Position numbers and translations under genes: made by a program. From Bilabrum cf. latius (taxonomy: Eukaryota), in assembly GCA_965178125.1 (NCBI GenBank), contig OZ237770.1, positions 124,001-188,000 on the forward strand: a stretch of 64,000 bases of DNA. Reading direction: 5' to 3'. Shown here piece by piece: positions 11,076-24,203 of this stretch. Every line of letters begins with the position of its first letter. Positions within the stretch are counted from its first letter, which is position 1. Below the pieces are notes generated by a model. It had not been told where the DNA came from and did not search any database. It saw only the letters and a list, made by a program, of their open reading frames with translations.

Positions 11076-14000
11076 TCAGGCCCAGAGATCCCCGAGCTCA
11101 CATTCTGCCTCTGCCTCCGTCTCCTTGCTTCCATCGCAATCGGACGACAAACCAGCCACAGCACTTACCTTGTCACCATAATCAGCGGCTGGTTTGTCTG
11201 CTGCTGCCCCTGCATTATCAGCTCTGACGCTGCCCCGCTGGACCAGCTGCTCAGCTGCAGCCACCCCTGCCTCCCCGGCGGGCGGTTTCGCACCCCTATC
11301 GAGCGGGCCCATGATTCCATCAAGAATAGGTGATGCCAATGCGGGCGGCCTTTTCTTTTTGTTCTGGCCATTTGGTCCCTGCGATGCGCCTTGCTCGCGC
11401 CCGGCCCCAAGGTTGCCCTTGTCCCACTGGCGAATGCGGTGCCGTTCTCGTCTCTGTCCAAAGCCGTTTTCACCCGTTTCCCCCGTCCTTGCGTGGACTA
11501 GTCCTGCTGCTCGTCGTACTGCAGGACTAGACAAGGCAGGTGGGCGCCTGGTGACCGGCGCAGCGGCTGCATAATGGCCCTTCTTGCTCGGTTTCCCTTC
11601 GTCCCGAGCACTTGCCTTGGTGCTCGGTTTCCCTTCGTCCCGAGCACTTGCCTTGGTGCTCGGTTTCCCTTGATCCCGAGCACTTGCCTCAGTGTTCGTC
11701 GGTTTCCCCATGTCCCGAGCACTTGCCTCGGTGCTCGGTTTCCCCGCCATTCTCGAAGAGGAAGCCGCCCCAGCGCCACTGCTGACCCCGAGTGACGGCG
11801 GCGCGGGAGAACTTGCTGAATGCTGACCCATTGCGCCAGCACCGGCTGTAATTACAGGAGCAGCATCCTTGGTATGGAGAGACCCGGCACCTCCGCCTCG
11901 ACCGGTCCTTGCATCGGGACCCCCCTTCCCAAAATCACCCTCGATGGCCCCCATTGCGCTATCTGCCGCGGTGCTCTACCTGCTCGATCCACGGGCGGAC
12001 TTGCCTTTGGACACCCTTGGCGGTGACAGGGACAGCAGCCCTTGGCTGTCACTTGCTGCCCCATCCCCACCCCCGCCCCCACCGCCCTTCACCCGGGCCG
12101 GTGTGGATGCCGGACTGGATCTCGACTCTGCTCTTGACCCCGACTTTGATCCCTGCCTTGCCCCGCTAGGGGGCGTCCTTGTTCTCCAGGGAACAACGGT
12201 GTCTCCCGGCCTGGCGTGGGAGTGGAGCAGGTGCGGTTCGGGGCCTGTGCCGGCAGCACCATCCGCAACAGCCTCGTATCTTCCATCGTCATCGTCATCG
12301 TCATGCATATCCTCGGGTTCGTGCTCCGAACCATCGCCTTCATGTTGTTCTTGCTGCTGCTCTCCTTCTTCATATTGCTCGTCGTCGTCGCCCGACTCAC
12401 TGGTACCCTTGGGCGCCCCCGCCTGCCGCGTGACGCCGTACCCTAGCATCCTACCGTAGTACGCCTGCCTCCGCTCCCGCTCCAATCTTGCCTCCTCGGC
12501 CGAAACCGCACGCTACTCCACCACGGGAGCGAGCTGGGCGTACGGCCGCGATCCACTCGGAATCGAAAGGACCTTCCCGCGCGCCACCGATGCCTGCCGG
12601 TTGCAACCGTCGCACCTCTGCACAGACTCGAGCTGCTTCCTGTAGAGCTCCTTGGCGGAGGGCAAGGAGGCCCCCGCTCTCGCGACCAGCTGCTCGATTG
12701 ATTCCGCCGCGGAGAGGAGGCCAGGGGTCGCGAGGAGATCCGCTGCTAGCGGTTCCGCAAGATGCGCGGCGCCGCGAGGATGCCCCGGTGGGTCCTCCAG
12801 TTCCGCTGCGGCGGCCCCTCGGCGCCGTGCGGCCACTGACCTAGACAGGCTGCCCCTCAGGTCGCTCGCAGCGGCCACTGATCCGATCCCTCGGGGTACC
12901 CCGCTGAAGGTGGCCGGCTCGCGGCTGCGGAACCGGTTTGCGGCGCCGCGCAAATCAACGACGATGTCCCCTCGCTCGTGGGCGGGGTGCAGCATCCTCA
13001 CCTCAGCGGGCAGCTCCTCGTCGGCGGTTCCGCTGCCACTCGGCGCCGCGCACTCTCCGTCCTCGCTCTCCATCTGGGCGAGAACTGCGGCCACCGCACG
13101 CCTGCGCTCCGCCGGGGTGGCCAAACCGGCGGATCGGACCCGCTGGGCCGCCCTCTCCCAACGGAGCTTGCGGCGCCGGTCGCGGGCCGCTTTCTCCTCC
13201 AGCTCGACACGGCGGCGCCGCGCATCTTCGGCCGCCTTCTTGCGGAACCTAGGCATGGAGAGGAGCCGCTGCTGGGTTTCGGTGAGGGGCGGCGCGGCGC
13301 CGGTTCCGCTCACGGGGTCGCCCTGAGGCTGAGGCAGCCCGCGGCGGGCTCGCGGCACGGGCGTGGGCGGCGCATCATCGCTGCAGTGCGATGCAGCTGA
13401 CGCGCGCAGTGCGCTGTCGCTGTACAGCGCGGGGTTGGGGTTCACTCCCGGCTCTGGGGAATCGCCGGAGCCGGTTGCAACCTCGGAATCACCCTCGGTT
13501 GCCACTGCGAATCCCACGCGGTCGACTTGTTCCCTGGACGACTCGAAGCGCGAGTGGGACGGGAGCGGGTCCTCAGTTCCATGATGACCAACGGCCTCCC
13601 TTGTTCCCTGAGGGCCTGCGTGGATGCCGGCGCCGGCGTACCTCGGACGCGGGTCTTGCTCGGCATGCATCTCGCTGGACCCTGTCTCTGGCGCGGGATC
13701 GAACCCCACCGCGGCGCCGTCCTCTTCGTGTACCCTCCTCGAGACGGACAGCAACTCTTGCTCGCCTATCTCTTGCTCGTCTAGCTCCCGTTCTCGCTCG
13801 TCTTCGCCCCCATGGGGCACCATGTCCTGCTCTCCGCCGATCCTCCAGCCTCCGCCGCTGCCGCTGCGCACGGGGTCCCCGCTCGACCCACTCGTCACAC
13901 CACGGAGACCACTCGTCACACCGGCCTCCCCGCGACTGATGTCGAGCCCATCGTCCCCATCGTCCCCATCGTCCCCATCGTCCCCACTTCTGTCTTTCCC

Positions 14001-16637
14001 TTGATGCGTGCGGCCCGCTGCAGAGACATCATCCCTGTCTGCACCATCGCATGCCCGCCTCCCAGTGTCGAAGGAGACCGTAGCATCGCCCAGCTCTTCC
14101 TCCTCTTCTCTCTCCTGTTCCCTCCCTATTCCATCTGCACTCGTCACACACCGCTACCCACGGGAGAACAAGGGGCCCAGGATCTGGCTGCAAGGCGTCA
14201 CCTGCACGTCGCCGCCCACCGCGCACTCAACCACGGCCCCGGCCGTGCGAGCACTCGTCACACCTTGGACCGGGTCTGCGGCCGGCATGGCAGACAGCAC
14301 TACGACGGGGCCAGCTGCCCCACCGTGCGCTGCACCCTGCAGCTTCTCTGTGTGCACCAGCACGAGGCCAGGCAACGGTTTGGACCCGTCGCGCGGCGCC
14401 AGCACCGAGCGGAACTCGGGAGCGCGCGGAACACCGAAGTCACCGTCCTTGTTCCCTGGGTCACGATCTGCTGATCCATCGCCTGCACCGAGAGTCGCCA
14501 CCGCCTGTTTGGCCAGTGCCACCACAGGATCCGGATCCTCTGCTTCTTCGCTGCCCGAACGCGCGTGCTACTTTCGAACGTCGGTGCTGCCACCGGCGCC
14601 GCGCATTTCACCGACCCTGGTTCCGCGCTGCCGCGCCACAGCCATTGACCTGCCCTCCCTCGCGGAATCCGAAGCCAGAAACCGCCGCACGGCCCCGTCC
14701 GCTCCCCCCGCGAGCAGCAGCCAGCCGTTGGAGGAGGCTGCTGCCACCTGCGACTCCGATGCGAAGTCGGGGGCGCGCATGGACGGCATCTCGACGATGC
14801 CCTCCCGCCCCGCGCCCCTCCACCGACGAAGCGCCACCCGCGTCACGCCTACCCCACTCGTCACACCGGTAGCACTCGTCATCCTGGCTGCCGCATCCAG
14901 TCCAGCGGCTGGCACGGTGCCCCCGGCTCCCACCGCCCCGCTGCCAAGCAGCCTGCACACCCCCAGCTTCACCCAGGGAACAACGGAAGAACCTCCTGCT
15001 CCGATTGGATCGTGAGGCATCCTCCACCCCCCTTTTGCGCTGAGGGCCCACAGCTGCACCCGGCCCTGCGAGTCACCGAGGGCCATTGCGGCCCTGCCGA
15101 TGAGGTCCTCGCCCGGAGGTGTGTCCCGGCCAAAGGTGCACTGCACTGCGTTGAGATCACCCCAGGCGCAGAGGGCGATCGTCATCGGACCACTGGGTGC
15201 ACTGCACGGCAGTGCGCCCAGGCAGTACGCTCCGGCTTGTTCCGCGATGCCTCCTCCTGCACCATCGGTTGCGGAACTGGCGCCGCGCATTCCCCTCTCT
15301 TCGTCCTCGTCCCCCGCTTCCACAGGTCCCGCCGAGAGCACCCAAGCGCTGAACGTGCCATCGTCACACCCAATCACGGCCATGCCCCGCTGCACCCCTG
15401 GCCCTCCCCCGAGCAGCCGACGGCCGCCCCACTCGTCACACTCGCCCTCGGTGGCACCACACACCGCCACGCTCACGATGCTGGGAGATCGCGTGGCCGC
15501 GCCCTGGTTCCGCTCGGATTGCGCGGCGCCGCCCACGGGCATGCCGCACTGTGCAGCCACCACGCCCCTCCCCAGCGCACCCCGGGCCACGGGCACGTCC
15601 TTGGCAAGCAGGCGGATTACGGAACCGGATGATGCGCGGCGCCGCAGTGCCAGCGGGTGCGTTCCAGTTCCGCTGCGCTGCGGGGTCGCGAGAGCCCACG
15701 CGGCGAAGGTTCCATCCGCACACCCCGCGACAACGAAGGTTCCCTCGGATGACACGCTCAGTGATGTCACTCGGGAACTCAACGGACACCCAGGAAGCGC
15801 CACGAGCGGAGAGCCCGGGGTTCTACGTCGCCCTGGGCCATCCCTGGCCTCTAGGTGTGACGAGTGCATGGGTTCCGCCCCTGGCACGCCCCGGTCTCTT
15901 GCGTGCCGTGCAGCCTGGCTCGCCCGGGCAACCTTGTGGTGCGCGTCAGACTGTGTGATGAGTGATTCATCACTGGTCACACTGGGAGGCAGCGCGGCCA
16001 CGAACACGCTCCGCATGGCCTCGATGGCGAACATCACTCGAGAGGGAGCGAGCACTTGCTCCTGCCGGAGTGCTCGCTTCGAACCAATGGAAGCAAGCGG
16101 TGCACCATGCGTTCTACGGCGGGAATAGGTGCCTTGCCGAACGGGATCTCCGTCCTGCACTGAATGAGTGCCGTAGCCGGCGGTCGGGGGTATGGATGAT
16201 ACAAGCCCTTCGCTGGCGGCTTCTTTCGTCGCAGCTTCCCTCCCGTGAGTCGCGTCGGGAATAAACTGTACATGAGACAGGGGAAGCGGGAGAAAATCGT
16301 TAGTTGCCCCTGCGTTTGTCTCGTGGGAAGTCTCCCCACTCGAGACGCCATCCCTGCAGTGTGAGTCCGTGACGCGAATACCGAAGTCTTGCGTAGCACC
16401 ACCTGTCTCGCAGTCCAATACTCTGCGAAAGATGAAGGCTGGTAATAATATTTAGGAAATATACGAAAACAACCGAATCGAAGTGCTGCACGAGCAATCA
16501 AGTGCGTCTTACCGCAGTCCACCTTGCTGCACTGCAACAGCAACCCGGCTTCCAGGTCCACGTTTTTCGCAGTCGCCCGATACGACCGGCGACTGGAAGA
16601 CGGAAGAGGTATATCCTTGTATCTACTCCAATCTCAT
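11076..16637 (-). CDS. Large protein with N-terminal WD40-like blades and a long low-complexity/coiled-coil C-terminus
   Basis: ORFs 14568-16418, 14154-14525, 12513-14147, 11976-12485 and 11076-11954 share one frame, joined by TAGs. WD-like segments include VTSLSVSSEGTFVVAGCADGTFAAW, GCDDGTFSAW, GDSQGRVQLW and LLAGGADGAVRRF. The first exon MRLE-TAG-IQGY (16637-16513) joins via a phase-2 GT-AG intron at 16512-16423. A possible donor near 11168 makes the 3' end uncertain. Confidence 0.7.
11585..11745. repeat. 36-bp coding tandem repeat (~4.5 copies) encoding GKPSTKASARDE-like units
   Basis: Unit TGCTCGGTTTCCCTTCGTCCCGAGCACTTGCCTTGG repeated with substitutions and one 3-bp insertion. Confidence 0.9.
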
Positions 16638-16805
16638 TGCCCCGAGCATCAGCTGGCCAGAAGCCCCTAGGATTGGGTGTGAAATTTGAAAATTCGTTTG
16701 CTTTTCGTAGCGAAGGTTCGTTTGGCAGGTTCGTTAACTGGGCAGCAGTGTGGGCGGCCAATACTATGCCTCACGGTGGTATATTACTTTGGAGGGTATT
16801 CTTCA

Positions 16806-19800
16806 TCAGTGCTCCTCGTGCCAGTCATAACCAACCACCTTGAGGTCGACTTCCGTCCTACCAGCCGCAGAACCATCGATGAGATTCGCAGCGAAAATGA
16901 CCACCTCTTGACCTTTCAGCACAAACGCCGATTTTGGCTGGTCTGCTGGGACGTAGTTCAGCTGCTCCGGGGTCCATCGCTCCAAAGTGGCCCTGGGAAA
17001 CGTGAGGGTGACCTCTGCCATTTTGATATCTCCGGCGGGGTCCGACCTGGCCCGCCACTCCACCCGTGGATTACCGACCTCTCCTAGTTCCGGCTTCGGC
17101 CTCACAATTCCAGCGGTTAGGTGCAGCTGACCCTCCGAGTCCTTCATCGGTCGCTCCCAAAGAAGCAAGTCGAACGGACGAAGATGCGAAGAAGTGTATG
17201 ATCCTGCCGCTGGTCCATCGTCTGTCAGGTGCGAACGTATTGATGGTCGCTCTTGGGATGGCAATCCTGGTGGAGGAACAAATACTACAGGTGGGCGTGA
17301 GCAAGCGCCAGCACCACCGCCAGCACCAGCACCGGCGCCAGCGCCAGCACCAGCGCCAGCACCAGCGCCAGCACCAGCACCAGCACCAGCACCAGCACCA
17401 GCACCAGTACCAGCACCAGCACCAGCACCAGCACCAGCACCAGCACCAGCACCAGCACCAGCACCAGCACCAGCACCAGCACCAGCACCAGCACCAGCAC
17501 CAGCACCAGCACCAGCACCAGCACCAGCACCAGCACCAGCACCAGCGCCAGCGCCAGCGCCAGCACCAGCACCAGCACCGTTACTCGTCACACCACTTGA
17601 CCAGAGCTCTTCTAGTGCGAATTCTCTCGATTCATCCTACTCCAGTACCCGACTGCTGTCTGCAGAGCTGTTCCGGGGGAACCGTTCCAGCACCCACAGC
17701 AGTGCACTGCACGATTCCTGCATTACGCGGGCCGGATGGTGTGACGAGTGCGTTGCAGAGCTCTCAATTCTGCTCCCAGTAGCGCTCGATGGGCCGCTTG
17801 CTCTTTGCCCGACTGGTTGCCCGCGTGAATCACCACCACTGCCACCGCTGGGAGTATTCGCGCAGTGGCAGCTCGTGTAACCGTCGAGGTAGAGTTGCCT
17901 GCGCATGTGCCTGTCCCACATAGAGGCCTCACCGGTGACCAAAGGTGTGACGAGTGGGGCCCCGAACCAGTCCACAGGCGGCCTGTCCTCACCGGTGTCT
18001 CCGGTCTGGGCACCATCGCCAGCGGGGGCAGGGCTGGCGCTGGTACCACCCGCTGGCCCAGCGGCTCTGGAGGCAGAATCGGCTCTTGGCGCACTCGTCA
18101 CATCCATTGCATCATCCCCCGGTGAGTGCGCATCTCTAAAGCCGTGTGTTCCCTGCGCCCACCCGTATGCCAGCCGAGTGCCCGCCGACGGGGGCCTGAA
18201 AGCTGCCTCAGCGCCAGCTGATAGGATGGCAATGCTCCGTTCCTTTTGCGCGGCGCCGGCTCCGGGTCCTAGCGGAACCGAGTCCTCTCCCTCGAACATG
18301 TGGCCGCCGATGGTTCCGAATTCCATTCCAGGAGGCGTGTCTGCGATGTCGGGGGCGCAGAGGGGGCAGGGGCCGGCAGACGAACCGGCTGTTGCGCCCA
18401 TGTCTGCATCCACGCAGCGACCCAGCTGGGCTTCCACAAACGTGGCAGAGCGATCCACGCTGCCCGCGCATGCACGGACCTCATCGAGGTCACTGGGGCC
18501 GTACAGCGCGCACTGCAGTGCGATGATCGCGTCGTCAATCTCGAGCCGAAGGCTGGGCCTCGACTGCAGCAATCCCCGCAACACCGATTCCAGCCCAGGA
18601 GGGCAGCCGATCTCGGGCGGGAGGTCCGGAATATCCTTATTCCGGTACGGCTTTGCGTCTTGGTTGGATGGGAGCATGGTCTCCACGCCGTCTATCCCGG
18701 CACATCGCGCCAAAAGTCGCCAGAACATCTTCCCCGCTGCCCACGCCTCGGCACCGTGATAGGCCTGGTCCAAGAACTCGACAGGCTCGTCCTCTACCGT
18801 GGCTGGTGATGCTGGCGCCCTTAGGGTGTGACGAGTGCGACGGGAGCTGATGCGGCGGCCCATCCGGAGGGCGAAGAGCTCAGGGGCCGTGGCAGCGGGC
18901 GCCCCATCGGGCGGCCCCAGGGCTTCCACAGCGATGCGCGTGCCGGTGGTGGCAGGGCCTTCGCCCGCCGCGAAAGGGGTGTGACGAGCGTACGAGTCCG
19001 CGATACCTGATATCTGGCTGCGCGCAGCAACACTCGTCACATGGACGGAACCGGTTCGGGCGCCTGTCTCTGTCCACCCCGAAGACTCGAGAGCGGCATC
19101 GCCTGCGGCTCGCAGGACGGCCTGGGCTTCGGGGAACAAGGGCAATGCTTCGCCCCAATCCCCTACGACGGCTCGTCCATCTGTAGCCAGGAAAACATTG
19201 TCTGCCTTGAGATCGCAGTGTGCGAAACCGGACGTGCGAGCTGACCGTACCGCGTGCAGCACCTGCAGGAGCCAGAGAGCTACCTGCCTTCCAGACAAGC
19301 CGCACCCGTGGTGCGCTTGCTACGATCCTTGTTCTGCACTCGTCGCATGATCATATGACGGCGGTGCAGTGCCGGTTTGACCACCCCCACCGCCCCGCCA
19401 CACGGAGTGGTTCCGTCGCCGCAGGGCGTGCGCGGCTACCCACTCGAGGTTGGTGGGATAGACAGGCATGGCCATCCAGGTGGTCAAAGTGGCGGTGCTT
19501 GCCGCCTCTAGGAACATGGGAGTCGTCCACGGCAGTACCAGCTGCGAAGATCCGATCCACGCATGCGCTACTTTGGCCACGTTGGGCGAGTCCCGCAGCA
19601 GCACAGGCAGCATCCAGCTGCTTGCAAATCGTCTCGCCATGATCCTCGCCCACGGGCCCTCCAGGCTGACGAAGGGAATGTTCCCTCTCAGCACCATCTA
19701 GGAGTAAGGTGTCGTATCTGGTATAGGGATAGGCGTTCCGCTCTCAAGTCCCGCACCTATGCCCACTTCACAAGCCCCAGCGGCCCCAGCCCCGCTCGCC

Positions 19801-20636
19801 GCTCCTGGGTCGCTCTGGGCGTGCGCTGCATGACCTCCGCGCACACCATCGGCTACATGCAATGCCTCAGCCGGCTCCGATCGCGAGGCATCAGCTGCTG
19901 TCTCGGCCAGGAAGATGCACGAGTTGACGCCCTCGGGATCGCCCGCCTTTCCCAGGGGCATGTTGAGCGGGAACACCCGCCCACCCTCCAGATCGGCAGC
20001 CTCCATGGCCGCTGCGGTCGGTGCTGTGCCCGGGGAAACACTCGTCACACCAGAACCGGACTGGCGGTTTGAGCCGGTCGGACGCAGGTGCACGCGGCCC
20101 TCCGCAATCGTGCGCTCAAGAGCGGCAGGGGGGGCGATGGTGAATAGGTCTATCGGAGCACGGGGCATGCCCGCGGCTCTGGTTGCTTCTGCGCTCAGGT
20201 GCTTGAGCGGAGGGTGGGCCCGGGTCCAATCCCCGGTGCAGCCGAGCACTGTGCCTGGCAGTGTCTCGAATGCGTTGGTAGCAGCAGCCTGCTGCTTCAT
20301 CTGCGCTTCAGCGACTATGCGAGCGTGAAACATACGCTTCTATTGCATGCCGATTGAGTGGATATTTCTAGTGATGGTTGCAGGCTGGGGATCTCGACCG
20401 AAGAGCATTGCCGCCACAATGCGATGCCCCGTGTGACCGGGTAGATTGAGTATATGCGAGAATGAAGGATCGCTCAAAACATTGCCTAGGCTGACTGAAG
20501 CGGAGCCACGCGATCTCATTCCGTTAGATCGGCCTGCGTTGCTTGAAGAAAGCGCTGCCATTGCCGCCAGGGCTGCCTGAGCTTGCTCGTTGCTCACTCC
20601 AACGAGGCAAGCTAGGGGCTTTGCAATTACCTGCAC
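16806..20636 (-). CDS. PINK1-like Ser/Thr protein kinase with large insertions, a (Gly-Ala)n tract and a C-terminal globular domain
   Basis: ORFs 20340-20636, 19698-20333, 19320-19697, 17637-19298 and 16806-17591 share one frame, joined by TAGs. Motifs HCDLKADNV, GDWGEA, GAPAATAPE, YHGAEAWAAG, IPDLP..LRGLLQSRPSLR and ALQCALYGP. Ends TGA. The 5' exon(s) upstream of 20636 are unresolved. Confidence 0.7.
17305..17580. repeat. (GCACCA)n hexamer microsatellite, ~46 units, encoding (GA)n on the minus strand
   Basis: Seen directly; near-perfect with GCGCCA variants. Confidence 0.97.
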
Positions 20637-21220
20637 TCCATTGAAACGGTGATACTACTGAAAACTAACGGATGCGAGGGCCTTGTCCAGGTGGTGCTTG
20701 CGCCATTGCCGTTCTCACGGCATGATTCTCTTCAAGTTGGACGAAAACAAGGGCGCTGCCATCGAAGAATGGATATGTGTCTATGGTCTATCCATGCTCA
20801 TCCAATGCGTGGCCATTCCACTCAAAATGACCGCGTGGCAAATTGCGTCTTAGCTAGCTCTGCAGCATCACGCGCACGGTACCAAGCGAGTTCTTGGTAG
20901 CATCGACTTGCACTTTATGCGTGCCATAGCCTGCAGGCAGCTGAACGAATAGAAGCATATGCGGTACCCTGCCGCGCAGGCGATGTTGATTTCCTCGAGG
21001 ATGCTGCCAGCCAGTGACCGTGCGCTGCAGTTTCATCATCGTGGTGACCTGCATGCCATCATTTGAACTACATACTTGAACGCATTGAAGTATCCCTACA
21101 AGCAAGCAAGTTAAGGCTACATCTGTACGGATACGGGAAGGGCCTCCGCACGCCCGTTCAAGGAAGAAGCGCAACCGCATCACTGGAGAACGCAGGCAGA
21201 CGAGTGGATCGCCGCCCTGC

Positions 21221-23020
21221 TCACTTCATGCGGATGCTTCCCTTGGCCTCGTTGCAGTCCCACTCCACGACCGCCTTGGGATATTCCCTCTGAAACACGC
21301 CGGTGGAATCCCCCGTCTCGGTGCAGGACCCCAGGGCCTTGCCCCCGTAGTCCTGGTCCCACTCGGCTGCCCGCGGCCAGTCGGTTCCGTCGCATCCCAT
21401 CCAGCCGTAGCCAATCCAGGCGTAGTCTCCGCGGGTCAGCAGGAACTCCGCAGTGACGTCAGTGCTCCTGGAGGTGACGTCATCGGCCTGCACCTCGTAC
21501 CTCTGGGTCTCCTTCCATTCGTCGGGACCCGCGGGCGTGCACCAGGAGCCCCTGAGCGTCTGGGCGCACTGGTCCTTCTGGGTCGAGTTGAGGCTGGCCA
21601 CGCCCGAGCCTCCGTGGCGGGTCAGCTGCCAGGTCCATCCGCCCGACTCGATGACTCGCTGGTGGAAGTACTCCTTGTTCCGCTGGTAGGCGGTCACCAT
21701 GTCCTGCATGTCCTGCGGCGTGGACCCGGTGTCGTTGATGAAGTGGGTGTCCTCCTCTGTAGGCCCGGTGATCTTCATTTTGTCGTCCATCCAGCCCAGT
21801 CCGATGGGGATGGGCGTGTGCAGGAGCGTCTCGTTCGAGATCATGTACTCGTTCACGTACCAGTCAGCGAAGGAGGCATTCCTGTGGTCGAAGATGTACT
21901 CGCCGCAGGGCGCCTTGCCGCAGTCGCACTCCTCTATGCACGACCCGTCTCCCTTTGGGTACTCGGGCGTCTGCTTCTGATCGTGGTAGAACCCGCTGCA
22001 CTTCTCGTACGTGCACGCGGGCACGTGATACGAGTGGTTGCTGGAGGGCCCCTTGTAGTCCTTGAACTTGATGAACCAGCCCTCATACGCAGGATCGTCC
22101 AGCTTTTCACGGACCGCCGTGTACCAGTTAAGAGCCTTGATGGTGTTCCGGTATACCCACACCCTCTGTTGTTCCCCCGGGATGCCGGGGTCTGCCGCGA
22201 GCACCATCTCTGCCTGTTTGGTGAGCAGCTCCTCGTCGTTCATGGGGTGCTGGTTGGCCCACACGGCCTTTGCGTTGGACCAGTCGTACACGACCACACC
22301 GTACTGGATGGCCTTCTCAACGTCGTGGAAGCCGCTTGCGTTGCAGGCGTAGAGGATCGTAGACCGCTTCATGTCCCAGGTCGGCTTCCAGTGCGGCTGG
22401 CAGTTGGACGAGTTTCTGGGGGCGGGCTCCGGCGGTGTGGGAGGGAGCGGCTGTCCCGGGCACGTGCTCCCGACCTGCTTGGGGCACGCCGCGGGGTGTC
22501 GCCACTAAATCGTGTACTCGCAGCCAACTTCTTCTTCTACCATGGTTGGCACGTTGTTTGTTGGCGCGTCCTTGTCGCAGATGAATTGGTACTTGGATGC
22601 TCGGTGGCCCCACAGAGGAGGATGGGAGCTCCCGCAGCTCTGCGTGCCCGGTTCCCCCGATCCGTAAAGGGTGAGGTTGAATCCAGAATTCCCACCATCG
22701 ACTAGGTCGATAGTGCTGTTGCTCTGTAGTAGTCCTAGTTGGTAACAGGAACCAATTCCTTGGATCCCGCTGGAGTGTACGGAAAGGCCACAGCACTGCG
22801 AGACCGGAGCCACTGCGTTCTCACAGGGCGAGGAAATGTAATAGGATACCTCCCGTGGCGCTGGGCTCATCACAGTAAACGTTCCTGACGGCAGGGTAGA
22901 AAGGTCGAACGATACTGCACCGTTCGCGGCGTTCTCCTTGCAAAACGTGCACCCCGCGTTCGCAGCGATGAACCCGGATGATGCGCTTAAGAGCAAGAAA
23001 ATAGTGCTATACTACTTCAT
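21221..23020 (-). CDS. Secreted protein: signal peptide, mannose-6-phosphate-receptor-homology (MRH)-like domain, Pro-rich linker and putative glycoside hydrolase (GHL15-like) domain
   Basis: Signal peptide MK-TAG-YSTIFLLLSASSGF. Cys-rich domain FDLSTL..YYISSPC..FICD..CEYTI-TAG-WRHPAAC, with the MRH C-terminal CxYxxxWxxxxAC signature spanning TAG 22505-07. Catalytic-like part YDWSN..WVYRN..FLLTRG..GYGW..FQREY. Ends TGA. Confidence 0.75.
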
Positions 23021-23390
23021 GGTTGCAATCGTTTGAGACCTTCTTGCGTAGGATGTAAGTGGGCGTATTAGCAGCTGCTGTCGCGTCGCACGGGCGCGCA
23101 GGTTTTGTCGATCCCAAACAAATATTTGTCTCAAAATGCTCTGCAGAGGAACCGAGGTGCTGTGACGAACCAAACTAATGCTTCTCGCAAACACTGCCCT
23201 GTTCAAAGCCGTGTGTGCCATGTCTCCAACCGCCACCGCCAGACCTAGCAGCTGCCAGTTGCGCAGCGTTGCGCAGCTGCTCGCACAATCGCAGGCACCG
23301 TGTCGCAGATACCCGTACTACGTAATGCCCCGAAATCCCAGCATGTACTATGCCGGGGTTGGCGAGAGTTGCTCCGTGTGTCCCATTCCA

Positions 23391-23474
23391 GCGCCTGCGC
23401 CTGCACCTGCACCTGCACCTGCACCTGCACCTGCACCTGCACTTGCACTTGCACTTGCACTTGCACTTGCACCT
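23391..23474. repeat. Compound hexamer microsatellite (GCACCT)n(GCACTT)n, ~14 units
   Basis: Seen directly; coding status unclear. Confidence 0.9.
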
Positions 23475-23899
23475 ACACGATCCGTTCGCAGCAAACTCCA
23501 CATCCCCCCCTTCCTCGGGCACGCATTTTGAGCCAGGCATGCACCACAGACACGATCTGCCGCATCTTGATATGCACCGGGCAGCCATCGGCCGCGCTCC
23601 AAGTATTACCGTGCGATGCATCTAGTGTCCGTGCATTTGGGTGCACCGTGCCCGCTTGGTTTGATGCATTTGCTCAGTGAGACCCGCATCACAAGATGAA
23701 CGCACCCTGAGCATGTGGCCACAATGCCTCTTTCGCATTAACCACAGTGGAATCGCGTGCAGCATGATGCACCCTATCTGCTGGCAAACGATGCTAGCCA
23801 CTGGCCGTGGCCATGTGGCAAACGCCCTCACACGGCCAGATGTATGGTATCCGCCCCATCACAAGCCACGTTTTCAGATACAGTGCGAGTCGTCTTAAT

Positions 23900-24203
23900 T
23901 TAAGTTCGGCTTTCTTCGTCGGTTTGGTCTGCAGTCGTCGCTGTGGCCCCGCCCAGATACTCAGCAAGTCGCTGCAGATTTGCAGCCTTTGCTGCATCAA
24001 TCTGCGCAAACAAATGACGAATGTGCACGAAGTTCTATCCTGGAATGCGTAACAGGTAGGTATGTGGTTTACTTCATGCAAAACTTAGCCCTCTCGACGA
24101 ACAAGGCACTCACACCTGTTGGCAGGTTTTCAACAAACTTCCTCAGCGCCAATTCCGCTGCCTCATTAGTAGCAGGTACTTTTGAAACAATCCTAGATTC
24201 CAT
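23900..24203 (-). CDS. Possible small two-exon hypothetical protein
   Basis: MESRIVSKVP..ENLPTG, then a candidate GT..CATTCCAG intron, then TAG-NFVHIRHLFAQIDAAKAANLQRLAEYLGG..TAA. Plausible composition only; no family recognised. Confidence 0.25.

Noticed and set aside
11585-11745. 36-bp repeats as a CRISPR array
   Set aside because: Head-to-tail coding repeats with no unique spacers, in a eukaryotic gene.
17305-17580. Telomeric or interstitial telomere repeat
   Set aside because: GCACCA/TGGTGC does not resemble typical TTAGGG-like units and is in frame within a gene.
17066-17880. ORFs encoding poly-(QH), poly-(PA) or poly-(LV)
   Set aside because: These are alternative frames of the hexamer repeat; the (GA)n frame is the one continuous with the kinase.
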